DNA of 61,843 bases, the filler included, from Nitrospinae bacterium RIFCSPLOWO2_12_FULL_45_22 (GTDB taxonomy: Bacteria; 2-12-FULL-45-22), in the NCBI GenBank assembly GCA_001803565.1. It is 6 parts of 6 records of this genome, joined end to end, with 100 filler letters (N's around TTAATTAATTAA, not from the genome) between each part and the next. Parts side by side here need not be neighbours in the genome. Positions count along the whole stretch, not along the records: positions 44,291 to 53,792 come from MHDQ01000058.1; positions 53,893 to 61,843 come from MHDQ01000059.1; 4 more parts are not named here. The stretch is one strand, 5' to 3'. The position numbers and the translations under genes were made by a program. How positions within the stretch are numbered: the first letter of the stretch is position 1; each line of letters begins with the position of its first letter. The notes under the pieces are model-generated. The model ran no database searches. It was given only the letters and a program-made list of their open reading frames with translations, and had not been told where the DNA came from. Of this stretch, positions 46,363 through 54,840 are shown in pieces.

Positions 46363-47127
46363 ATGACAGAGAGAAGGCGAATTACCGGTACACCGAAGCT
46401 CAAAATCGAATTGCCCGTGCCCGTCGGCGCATGTCAGGGGTGTCAGCATGGGTCGGTTGGTAGGATAATATGGGAAGTGCTGGAAGAGTTGGAGCTAGGC
46501 GAAAATACCATCTGGATTGGAGGGGTAACCTGTGGCACTATGAATGCCTTTCTCTCCGATCTGGATGCCGTCGGGCCAGTGCCCCATGGCCGGGCTCCAG
46601 ATATTGGCAGCGCTATGAAGCGGCTCCTAGGTAAAGAGACTATAATAATTACTTATCAGGGCGATGGGGATGCTATTGCTATTGGCACTGAGAGCCTTAT
46701 CCAGGCAGCAGCACGGGCTGAGAGGATAACGGTTTTTATGGCAAATAATGCCAATTATGGTACCACAGGTGGCCAGATGGCCCCTACTACCTTGATGGAG
46801 CAAAGGACCACCACTACCCCACAGGGCCGGGGTATGGTAGAGGGCTTCCCTATCAATACCGCCGAGCTGGTGGCCCAACTCAGAGGAACCGCTTATTCTG
46901 CTAGAGGGGCTATTACCTCACCAGCTAATTATCAGCGTACCAAGAAGTATGTAAAAAAGGCATTGCAGAAGCAGATAGATGATATTGGCTTCAGCTTTGT
47001 CGAGATACTATCTGCTTGTCCACCCAACTGGGGCAAAAAACCGGTTGATTGCTTGAAGTGGATAGATGATGAGATGATCAGCCAATATCCCCTGGGAGAA
47101 TTTAGAGACCTGGAGAGCCTTAATTAA
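46363..47127 (+). CDS. 2-oxoacid:ferredoxin oxidoreductase beta (TPP-binding) subunit
   Basis: CQGCQH, HGRA, QGDGD, NNANYGTTGGQMAPT, SACP. Confidence 0.9.
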   Translation: MTERRRITGTPKLKIELPVPVGACQGCQHGSVGRIIWEVLEELELGENTIWIGGVTCGTMNAFLSDLDAVGPVPHGRAPDIGSAMKRLLGKETIIITYQGDGDAIAIGTESLIQAAARAERITVFMANNANYGTTGGQMAPTTLMEQRTTTTPQGRGMVEGFPINTAELVAQLRGTAYSARGAITSPANYQRTKKYVKKALQKQIDDIGFSFVEILSACPPNWGKKPVDCLKWIDDEMISQYPLGEFRDLESLN

Positions 47128-47148
47128 ATAGCATACTAATTTCCATTC

Positions 47149-47290
47149 TGGACACAGATGAACACAGATCCGTTTCAATGCAAAATGCAAAATTAGCAAT
47201 TAGCATTTCAAAATTAACTCCTTCTTGGTAATTGCTAATTTTATATTGTTAATTTTGCAATGATAGTTATCTGTGTGTATCTGTGTCCTA
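47149..47290. repeat. Nested palindromic element
   Basis: GGACACAGATGAACACAGAT / ATCTGTGTGTATCTGTGTCC enclosing AT-rich inverted 7-mer arrays. Confidence 0.65.
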
Positions 47291-47310
47291 ATTAATTAAA
47301 GGAGGAGACC

Positions 47311-47856
47311 GTGAGTTCCGAAAGATTTGAGGTAATATTTGCTGGGGTGGGGGGGATGGGTGCTTTAACGGCGGGACAGCTCTTGGCTGAAGCGGCCCTA
47401 GCCTACTACCCATGCGTTACCTGGTATCCCAACATTACTACTGCCCGCAGGAACGCCCCGGCAGACTGTATTGTTATCTATTCCAAAGAAGTTATTGCCT
47501 CTCCACTGATACACCGGGTTGGGGCGGCCGTGATAATAGAATCTTCTCAACTAAGGACCTTTGAAGATAGGGTGAAGCCTGGTGGACTGGTTATAGTAGA
47601 GACTGCGGGCCTAAAAGATCATGTCAGCCGAAGAGATATCACGGTAAAGAAAATACCAGGGCTAGAGACTGCTTTACGCCTCGGTAATAGCCGGGCAGCC
47701 AACCTGCTTATGCTGGGGGCTTATATTGGTTCTACTAATACCTTGCCACCAGAACTGATTGAAGAGAAATTAGAAGATAGGTTTAGCAAGAACAAAAAGG
47801 TTCTCGAGATCAACCTAAGAGCCTTCCACGAAGGGATTAGGTTGGGCCACAATTAG
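47311..47856 (+). CDS. 2-oxoacid:ferredoxin oxidoreductase gamma subunit
   Basis: AGVGGMG, ANLLMLGA, NLRAFHEG. Confidence 0.88.
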   Translation: MSSERFEVIFAGVGGMGALTAGQLLAEAALAYYPCVTWYPNITTARRNAPADCIVIYSKEVIASPLIHRVGAAVIIESSQLRTFEDRVKPGGLVIVETAGLKDHVSRRDITVKKIPGLETALRLGNSRAANLLMLGAYIGSTNTLPPELIEEKLEDRFSKNKKVLEINLRAFHEGIRLGHN

Positions 47857-47866
47857 AGGATTAGGG

Positions 47867-48724
47867 GTGAGCCATAAGCAGCAAGGGGCAAGGGGTAAGC
47901 AGCAAGCAGTAAGGAGTAAGGGGGAAAAAGAAACGCCTCACTGCTCACTGCTCACTGCTCACCCTGGTGGGCTGAGCCAGGGTGTTCTGATTGCCCTGGA
48001 GGGGATAGATGGTGCTGGTAAAACTACTCAAGCCCAACTCCTGAAGGATTTCTTGCGGCAAAAAGGGTTTGAGGTCGTATGTTTTAAAGAACCTACCCCG
48101 GGTCCTTGGGGGAGGAAGATTGCTGAGATTGCCCGATGGGGCCGCAAAGGGATTTCAGCCCAGGAAGAGATGGAACTCTTCCTTAGAGATAGAGAAGAAG
48201 ATGTAAGGGATAACATTTTACCCGCCCTAAGAGAGAATAAGATTGTTATCATGGACCGATATTATTATTCTTCTATCGCCTATCAAGGTGCCCTGGGCTT
48301 AGACCCCAACGAAATAAAAGAAATAAATGAACAACGGTTCCCTAAACCTGACCTGGTATTTATATTGACCATCCCACCGGCCGAGGGTATTAAGCGGATA
48401 TTAAGTAGGGGTCAGGGGTCGGGGATCAGGGGCCCGCAAAGAAGCCCAGCTTATGAGGAAGAAACTTATTTAACGCGGGTAGCTAAAATATTCCATGAGC
48501 TGGCTAAGAACAAAGAACCAAGAACAAAGAACCAAGAACAAAGAACCAAGAACAAAGAACAAAGAACAAAGAGCTATGAGCCATCAGCTAAAGGACTATT
48601 AGAGCCGCCCTCAACTCACTGCTTACTCATAGATGGGATGCGCCAGATTAACATTGTCCACCAAGAGATAGCCCCGTCAGTATTAGACAGGTTGAGTCCT
48701 TTAATGAGGTGCTCGTGTCCGTAA
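47867..48724 (+). CDS. tmk: Thymidylate kinase with in-frame repeat insertions
   Basis: LEGIDGAGKTTQ, KEP, MDRYYYSSIAYQG, PDL. Confidence 0.9.
   Translation: MSHKQQGARGKQQAVRSKGEKETPHCSLLTAHPGGLSQGVLIALEGIDGAGKTTQAQLLKDFLRQKGFEVVCFKEPTPGPWGRKIAEIARWGRKGISAQEEMELFLRDREEDVRDNILPALRENKIVIMDRYYYSSIAYQGALGLDPNEIKEINEQRFPKPDLVFILTIPPAEGIKRILSRGQGSGIRGPQRSPAYEEETYLTRVAKIFHELAKNKEPRTKNQEQRTKNKEQRTKSYEPSAKGLLEPPSTHCLLIDGMRQINIVHQEIAPSVLDRLSPLMRCSCP
48506..48568 (+). repeat. Tandem heptamer AAGAAC(A/C) x9 inside tmk
   Basis: Nine consecutive units, 63 bp, frame-preserving. Confidence 0.9.
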
Positions 48725-48824
48725 ACTGTAGCCGGGAAAGACAGCCGGGCACTCATTTTGACTCGAACATCTTTATACTCACCTTGTCAATCCCTGCTGC
48801 TCTCCGATTCCGCTTGACCATTTT

Positions 48825-49004
48825 TTAGACCACTTCTTTCAATTTTCCACTGACAAGCTTGTGCAACGTACTTGAAATCAGGGTCTGATAGGGAATGCCT
48901 TCTTTGGCGGCTCTTTTCTGGATCCTCTCCAAATCGCGGGATGAGATTCTGATATTGATGCGTTTGTCTTTCTGAAAGGTGTTCCGAGCCGTTCTGCGGT
49001 GATA
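48825..49004 (-). pseudogene. 5'-truncated CopG/BrnA-like antitoxin remnant
   Basis: A frame not in the ORF track reads KDKRINIRISSRDLERIQKRAAKEGIPYQTLISSTLHK; no start codon, stop immediately upstream. Confidence 0.65.
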
Positions 49005-49042
49005 TTAATTCCTCACAAGATACTGAGCAATTACGAAAATTC

Positions 49043-49600
49043 CTATGCGATAAACTTAATTCCTGCACGGAAGGCTTGCTGGTTCAACGATAAAATTGCC
49101 TCTTTATCCCTAAACCTCTCATGAAGCTTTTTCTCTATAGATTCAGGAGAAAGGGCTTTGGTAAGAGCCAGGTAAGCCCCCAGAAGAACCATATTTGAAG
49201 CCAACTTACTACCCAGACTTAGAGCGATTTCCTGGGCAGGTATAGCTTTCAGTTTGATATCTTCCCTTCCTACCTCATCAACTAAACCACTACTTTCTAC
49301 CAAGATCAATCCTCTGGGTCGTACCCTGTTTTCAAAGGGTTTCAGGTAGAGTGGACTTGCCAGGATCGCTACTGCAGATTTAGAAAGTAAAGGGGAATAT
49401 ATCTCTTCATGAGATAGGATGACGGTACATTCACACGGCCCTCCCCGTACCCGGGTAGCATATGATGGTGTCCAAACGATATGCCGGTACTCGGTAAGAC
49501 CTGCCTCGGCTAAAATCAAACCAGCGACCAGGACCCCCTGGCCACCGATCCCTGCTATTATCACCTCCGCCCGGTTATTTTCTTCTCTTACCATATTCAT
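49043..49600 (-). CDS. 2-oxoacid:ferredoxin oxidoreductase gamma subunit (second operon)
   Basis: AGIGGQGV, PSYATRVRGG, SNMVLLGA. Confidence 0.9.
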   Translation of the reverse strand: MNMVREENNRAEVIIAGIGGQGVLVAGLILAEAGLTEYRHIVWTPSYATRVRGGPCECTVILSHEEIYSPLLSKSAVAILASPLYLKPFENRVRPRGLILVESSGLVDEVGREDIKLKAIPAQEIALSLGSKLASNMVLLGAYLALTKALSPESIEKKLHERFRDKEAILSLNQQAFRAGIKFIA

Positions 49601-49607
49601 AAGCTCC

Positions 49608-50360
49608 TTAAAGCTGATCTACGTTTTTGAATTCTCCCAGTGGGAATTGGGGAATCATCTGCCCCTCCATCCATTTAAGGCTTTCTAAGGGACTCATATG
49701 CCAACCTGTAGGGCAGGCAGACAGTATCTCTAAAAAGCTAAAGCCTACTCCATCCATCTGCTTTTGCAAGGCTCTTTTCAGGTAGCTCTTTGTTTGATGA
49801 AAATTTTTTATATTATTAACCGCACCTCGGGCACTAAAAGCCACACCCTTAATAGCAGCAGCTAATTCAGCCATATTTATGGGATAACCCAACGAGGGAT
49901 TACGGCCCTCGGGCGTAGTAGATGTGATCTGCCCCATAATGCTAGTAGGGGCCAATTGTCCACCGGTCATGGCATAATGGCCATTATTTAGCATCAACTG
50001 GGTAAACTTCTCCGCCCTCCCTGCCGCATTAAGGAAAGCACCGGCACCAATAGCTGCCACATCTCCATCTCCTCCAAAAACCAGGACAATACTTTCTGGC
50101 GAGGCCCGCTTTATACCCGTTGCTACATCAATACACTGACCATGATTAGGCATAACGGTATCAGTCGGAGTATTGAGCAATATCCCAGCACCACAAGCAG
50201 CCCCTCCTACAACCACCGTCTCCCCTACAATCCCCATCTCTTCTATAACCTCAAAAATGATTCGATAAACAATAGGATACTGGCACCCTCCACATTCCTG
50301 CCGCTCAGCAAAATGACTGAGCCAAATATTTGGCAATCCACAGATACGCTCTTTATTCAT
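49608..50360 (-). CDS. 2-oxoacid:ferredoxin oxidoreductase beta subunit (second operon)
   Basis: CGGCQY, GGDGD, NNGHYAMTGGQ, SACP. Confidence 0.9.
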   Translation of the reverse strand: MNKERICGLPNIWLSHFAERQECGGCQYPIVYRIIFEVIEEMGIVGETVVVGGAACGAGILLNTPTDTVMPNHGQCIDVATGIKRASPESIVLVFGGDGDVAAIGAGAFLNAAGRAEKFTQLMLNNGHYAMTGGQLAPTSIMGQITSTTPEGRNPSLGYPINMAELAAAIKGVAFSARGAVNNIKNFHQTKSYLKRALQKQMDGVGFSFLEILSACPTGWHMSPLESLKWMEGQMIPQFPLGEFKNVDQL

Positions 50361-50363
50361 GCC

Positions 50364-51464
50364 TTACGCCCCCTTCAAAATTTCTTCCAAAACCCTCTCG
50401 GGTAAGATCATACCCACGTCAGTTGGGTCATGCCGGGCTAGGGCCCCCAAAAGACTCACTTCAGCCATCCCCTGTACTGCCATCTTGACATCTTCCACCA
50501 ACTGGCCAAGGCTATCTTCCACCACAAGGAATTTAGCCCCATTCAAGGCCTTTTCCCTGATAATCTGGTAGGGAAAGGGCCAGGCAGTAATGGGGCGTAT
50601 CATGCCAACTTTTATCCCCTCTTTCCTGGCCAATACGATAGCTTCCTTAGATACTCTTGCGGTATATCCATAGGATACTATTATTATTTCAGCATTATCG
50701 GCCTCAAAGGTGTCATACCGCACCTCTTCCTTCTCCATCATCATATATTTTTTATTTAAGGCCTCTAAAAGCTGCAAATAATTAGCATAGGGAGGATGTG
50801 GTGGAGTGGGCATTAGGCCCTGCATAGCCATAACCACCCTTCGTCTACCGTCCTTATGCCACTTAAGTCCTTTTATAGCCCAATCTTTTTCAGGCAGTGG
50901 AGCAAAGCTACGGCTCCTTAATTCCAGAGGCTCTATCATCTGACCCAATATCCCATCAGACAATAATATCACCAGGTTTCTATATTTATCTGCCAGATAG
51001 AAGGCCAGTTGGGTAAGGTAATAGATTTCCTGAACCGATGCCGGGGCAAGGACTATATTTTTATATCCCCCCTGCCCACCACCCCGGGTTACAGACAAGT
51101 AATCCATTTGGCCATGGCGGGTAGTACCGGCCCCCGGACCACCCCTTTGTACATTGACGATCACACAGGGTACCTCAGCATTGGCTATACTAGATATGCC
51201 TTCCTGCATCAGGCCCCAGCCTGGCCCCGATGTAGTAGTAATGGCCCTAACACCAGTAGCGGCTGCTCCAAACAGCATATTAATAGAACCGGTCTCTGAT
51301 TGCGATTGAACAAAACAACCCCCGCGTTTGGGGAGCTCCCGGGCAAACCACTCCGTAATTTCATTTTGTGGGGTAACCGGATAACCGAAAAAATGTAGAC
51401 AACCTGCGGCTATAGCCCCCCACCCCACCGCCTCATTGCCAGTTACCAGGATCCTCTCGGTCAC
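50364..51464 (-). CDS. 2-oxoacid:ferredoxin oxidoreductase alpha subunit (second operon)
   Basis: GNEAV, GYPVTPQNE, TSGPG, QRGGPG. Confidence 0.9.
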   Translation of the reverse strand: MTERILVTGNEAVGWGAIAAGCLHFFGYPVTPQNEITEWFARELPKRGGCFVQSQSETGSINMLFGAAATGVRAITTTSGPGWGLMQEGISSIANAEVPCVIVNVQRGGPGAGTTRHGQMDYLSVTRGGGQGGYKNIVLAPASVQEIYYLTQLAFYLADKYRNLVILLSDGILGQMIEPLELRSRSFAPLPEKDWAIKGLKWHKDGRRRVVMAMQGLMPTPPHPPYANYLQLLEALNKKYMMMEKEEVRYDTFEADNAEIIIVSYGYTARVSKEAIVLARKEGIKVGMIRPITAWPFPYQIIREKALNGAKFLVVEDSLGQLVEDVKMAVQGMAEVSLLGALARHDPTDVGMILPERVLEEILKGA

Positions 51465-51500
51465 GTATTCCCCTCCTTACAAATAATTCGCTTCTGTCAG

Positions 51501-52880
51501 CTACGGGTTATCAATTTTTTGCTGTTCGACTATAGTTTTTAGTCGAGCCATTACATCCTGGGATATACCTGCCCGTTCAAAGCGCTCCGGTTGGTCCAAT
51601 GGCTTAGTAGCATCAATAGACCAAACGGATGAATAATACTTATCTCCTATCTGCCTGGATGAGGGATCAAACTCCATCCATTCTATTCCAGAGATAATCC
51701 GTATATCTGTGTCTGGCTGGCAGCGCGTAGCGATTGCCCATTCTATATCTTTAGGATCATCAATGTTTACATCGGTATCCACTACAACAATTAGCTTAGA
51801 GTAAGGATTTAGCGAGCGTAAATGCTGAATGATTCCAGGCACATCATCTTGGGACCCCTTCTCTATTTGTACCACAACATGGAAGCCTATCATGTTAATC
51901 TTTAATCTCTTTATTTGGGGAAAGGCTTCCCGCGCCTGGATGAAGAGTTCTGGAGTCCAGGTAAGATCAATCAAGGCTGAATCTTCGCTGGTATTGGGCA
52001 TTAAGGCATGATAAATGGGGTTTTTCCTATGGGTAATAGCCCCGACTTTTGCTATATAAACCGGTTGACCGTGATAATAACCATCTGAATCGCCAAACGG
52101 GCCATCTATTTCCCTTAGGCCAGGGATGAGCCGGCCTTCCAGGATAAATTCGGCCCTGGCTGGAACTTCCAAATCAATAGATTCAGCCCTGGTTATCTCT
52201 AATGGCCCACCCCGTAATGCACCACCAAGCTCATACTTATCTACCCCTTCCGGTGCGAAGGCCACGGAGGAGAAAAAGGTCATGGGATCTAGGCCAATTA
52301 CTACTGCTATCTCCAAACCTACACCCTTTTCTTCCGCCTTCTGGACAATCCTGGACATGCCCGGAGAGGCAATCACTATGCTGAAACTATCCTTATCCCT
52401 TATCCTGATACGATGAAGGCCCATACGATGGTAGCCGGTTTCAGGATGTCTAGCAACAGTAAGTCCCGATGTTATGTAAGGGCCTATATCTTTACTGTGG
52501 TGGGTTAGTGCTGGGAGGGTAGCCATAATATCAATATTATTACGGATTATAATATCTTTGACTGGAGCATCTTTCACTATTAAGGGTTTCAATAAAGTTT
52601 TACGGCGGGCAAGGTATTCCTCCCCAAGGTCTTTAGAGGTATTGAAGGCCAGGCTAAGTAATTTCTCACTTCCTAAAAGATTGGCTACTACCGGTATATT
52701 GTACCCCTTTACTCGATGGAAAAACACCACTGAACCGATCTTTTTATTTAAGAGTTTTATCATGCCCGCTATCTCCTGGACAGGCGAGAGTTCTTCCCAG
52801 ATATGGAATATATCCCCAGACTGATCCAAAAAGGCCAAAAAATCCCTCAGGTCTCTATACATACCCCTTGCTCCCCCCAT
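51501..52880 (-). CDS. UbiD family prFMN-dependent (de)carboxylase
   Basis: DLRDFL, DIGPYIT, GLHR, EFILEG, DGPFGD..GYY, VVVDTDVNI..IEWAIATR, IDATKP. Confidence 0.9.
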   Translation of the reverse strand: MGGARGMYRDLRDFLAFLDQSGDIFHIWEELSPVQEIAGMIKLLNKKIGSVVFFHRVKGYNIPVVANLLGSEKLLSLAFNTSKDLGEEYLARRKTLLKPLIVKDAPVKDIIIRNNIDIMATLPALTHHSKDIGPYITSGLTVARHPETGYHRMGLHRIRIRDKDSFSIVIASPGMSRIVQKAEEKGVGLEIAVVIGLDPMTFFSSVAFAPEGVDKYELGGALRGGPLEITRAESIDLEVPARAEFILEGRLIPGLREIDGPFGDSDGYYHGQPVYIAKVGAITHRKNPIYHALMPNTSEDSALIDLTWTPELFIQAREAFPQIKRLKINMIGFHVVVQIEKGSQDDVPGIIQHLRSLNPYSKLIVVVDTDVNIDDPKDIEWAIATRCQPDTDIRIISGIEWMEFDPSSRQIGDKYYSSVWSIDATKPLDQPERFERAGISQDVMARLKTIVEQQKIDNP

Positions 52881-52971
52881 ACAAATTGCGGTAAGAAGGC
52901 TGCCTTTTGCATTGGTTTATGCTATTATTACCCTCTAAAATTACCCATTGCCTGGAAAAGATAAATTCACC

Positions 52972-53077
52972 GTAACAGTTCACAGGGGTCAGGGATCAGT
53001 TGTCAGGCAAGCTTTTCCTCAAAGATATCCAGGGGCTATGAATCCTTATTTAGAGTTTTTTCCTGAACCCCGTGAAC
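52972..53077. mobile_element. MITE-like element whose right TIR is cut by a gene cassette
   Basis: Left end GTAACAGTTCAC-AGGGGTCAGG; right end CCTGAACCCC-GTGAAC, then attC sequence instead of TGTTAC. Confidence 0.65.
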
Positions 53078-53129
53078 GATAGAATTCAGCGGCGCGGGTT
53101 ACCGCATCCGCTGGATTTTCTTGTTAGTT
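53071..53129 (-). repeat. Canonical-size attC site downstream of higA
   Basis: Minus strand AACTAAC-AAGAA-AATCCAGCGG...CCGCTGAATT-CTATC-GTTCACG, about 59 bp. Confidence 0.75.
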
Positions 53130-53141
53130 GAATCTTTTTAT

Positions 53142-53444
53142 TCATACAGCGCTTGCATACGTCCTTACTTCTTGCTTCAACCTTTCGCCGAGTTCCTCGG
53201 CAGTGACATCTAAGTCATACTGTGATTGCAGTCCGAGCCAGAATTCGGCTGATGTTCCAAAAAACGTTGCAAGCCTGAGGGCGGTATCAGCAGTAATTCC
53301 GCGCTTGCCGAGAACAATCTCGTTAATTCTCCGTGGTGGTACACCAATATTTAGGGCCAGTTTATTTTGACTTATACCCATTGGCTTTAGAAATTCTTCC
53401 AAAAGAACTTCGCCTGGATGTACGGGATATAGCTTCTTCTTCAT
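53142..53444 (-). CDS. higA: HigA antitoxin
   Basis: HPGEVLLEEFL, RINEIVLGKRGITADTALRL, FWLGLQ. Confidence 0.93.
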   Translation of the reverse strand: MKKKLYPVHPGEVLLEEFLKPMGISQNKLALNIGVPPRRINEIVLGKRGITADTALRLATFFGTSAEFWLGLQSQYDLDVTAEELGERLKQEVRTYASAV

Positions 53445-53455
53445 AACTCTCCTCC

Positions 53456-53737
53456 CTAATGATAGTCGGTTATTTCTACATCATATGCATCAGCTTCTTG
53501 GCAGGCAAAGCAAATGCGCCATTGGTCATTGATCCTAATGCTATATTGACCTTCACGGGCACCTTTTAACTTTTCAAGCCTATTCGCTGGTGGTATTCTT
53601 AAGTCATTAAGATTTTTGGCATTATTTATCATGCGTAATTTCCTTAATGCAACTTGTTGGATATCTCGTGGTAATTTGCTCGATCCCTCCCGACTATAAA
53701 CTTTTTCTGTTTCCTTGTTTTTGAATGATTTTATCAT
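53456..53737 (-). CDS. higB: HigB toxin
   Basis: MIKSFK, DLRIPPANRLEKL, YSIRINDQWRICF, VEITDYH. Confidence 0.93.
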   Translation of the reverse strand: MIKSFKNKETEKVYSREGSSKLPRDIQQVALRKLRMINNAKNLNDLRIPPANRLEKLKGAREGQYSIRINDQWRICFACQEADAYDVEITDYH

Positions 53738-53792
53738 TTAATTCATTGTATAACGGCTAACGTTAAACGTCAAGAGTTATATTGAGGGAGCA

Positions 53793-53892
53793 NNNNNNNN
53801 NNNNNNNNNNNNNNNNNNNNNNNNNNNNNNNNNNNNTTAATTAATTAANNNNNNNNNNNNNNNNNNNNNNNNNNNNNNNNNNNNNNNNNNNN
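53793..53892. other. Artificial contig linker
   Basis: N-run with TTAATTAATTAA. Confidence 0.98.
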
Positions 53893-53907
53893 AAACTTTT
53901 TCATTTC

Positions 53908-54690
53908 TTATCTCATAAAACGATACTTAATAAGGGCCCAGACCGCCTCGGCTCCATCCCTGAAACGGATCTTTTTCCCTTCCAGGATATTGCGTCCCTG
54001 ATAAGAGATTGGGACCTCATATATCCGGTACCCCAGCTTGCTTATCTTGGCAGTAACCTCAGGGCAGAATTCAAAGCGGCGGCATTTAAGATCAATCTGA
54101 TCAAAGATCTCTCGCCGAAAGACCTTGTAAGCTGTAGCCTCATCAGAGATCCTTGTACCATAGAGAAGGTTGGCCAAAAAGGTCAGGAATCTATTAGCAA
54201 GGTAATTTCGCACCTTCATCCCCTGGGGTCTGGTGAAAAACCGGGATCCATAGACTACATCAGACAGCCCTTCGATAATAGGATTTACCAGTTGTGGATA
54301 TTCTTCCGGGTTGTATTCTAAATCTCCATCCTGGATTAGGATGATATCTCCGTTGGCATATTTGAGACCAGTTCTTACCGCGATCCCTTTTCCAAAGTTG
54401 AGCATTGATTTGTGGAGCTTAAATTGAAATCGCTGTGTCAGAGTTGTTAAAAGCTCCATTGAGCCATCGCTTGATCCATCATCAACAACGATGATCTCTT
54501 TTTGGACATTGGGAGCGATATCAACAGCAGCGACTCGTTCAAGGATTTGCTCGATGTGTTGGCGTTCATTGTAGATTGGAATTATGATCGATATCAAGAC
54601 AGGCGGTTTCAGAGGCTCAAGCTTGCTGTAACGTCTTATACGAGGCGAATCAGGTTGTGGGGATATTGAGAGATCCTTACCCTCCACCAT
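53908..54690 (-). CDS. GT2 glycosyltransferase (polyprenol-phosphate glycosyltransferase-like)
   Basis: SIIIPIYNE, VDDGSSDG, GKG, QDGDLEY, VYGSRF; start uncertain (ORF extends to 54804). Confidence 0.9.
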   Translation of the reverse strand: MVEGKDLSISPQPDSPRIRRYSKLEPLKPPVLISIIIPIYNERQHIEQILERVAAVDIAPNVQKEIIVVDDGSSDGSMELLTTLTQRFQFKLHKSMLNFGKGIAVRTGLKYANGDIILIQDGDLEYNPEEYPQLVNPIIEGLSDVVYGSRFFTRPQGMKVRNYLANRFLTFLANLLYGTRISDEATAYKVFRREIFDQIDLKCRRFEFCPEVTAKISKLGYRIYEVPISYQGRNILEGKKIRFRDGAEAVWALIKYRFMR

Positions 54691-54840
54691 TCCCTTTTCC
54701 CTATTATCTGGGCACCCTTCCTCTTCTGAACCCGACGGCCAGAAGTGGCTGGCCAATGGGAGACAGTATGCTCTTTTCAATTTTTGAAACCATAGGTAGA
54801 ACATATTTTTGAGAGCACTGTAATGATCGGTTGTATTTTT

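Noticed and set aside
48787-49068. 93-aa minus-strand ORF from the track
   Set aside because: Wrong frame; the recognisable coding signal is the antitoxin fragment in another frame.
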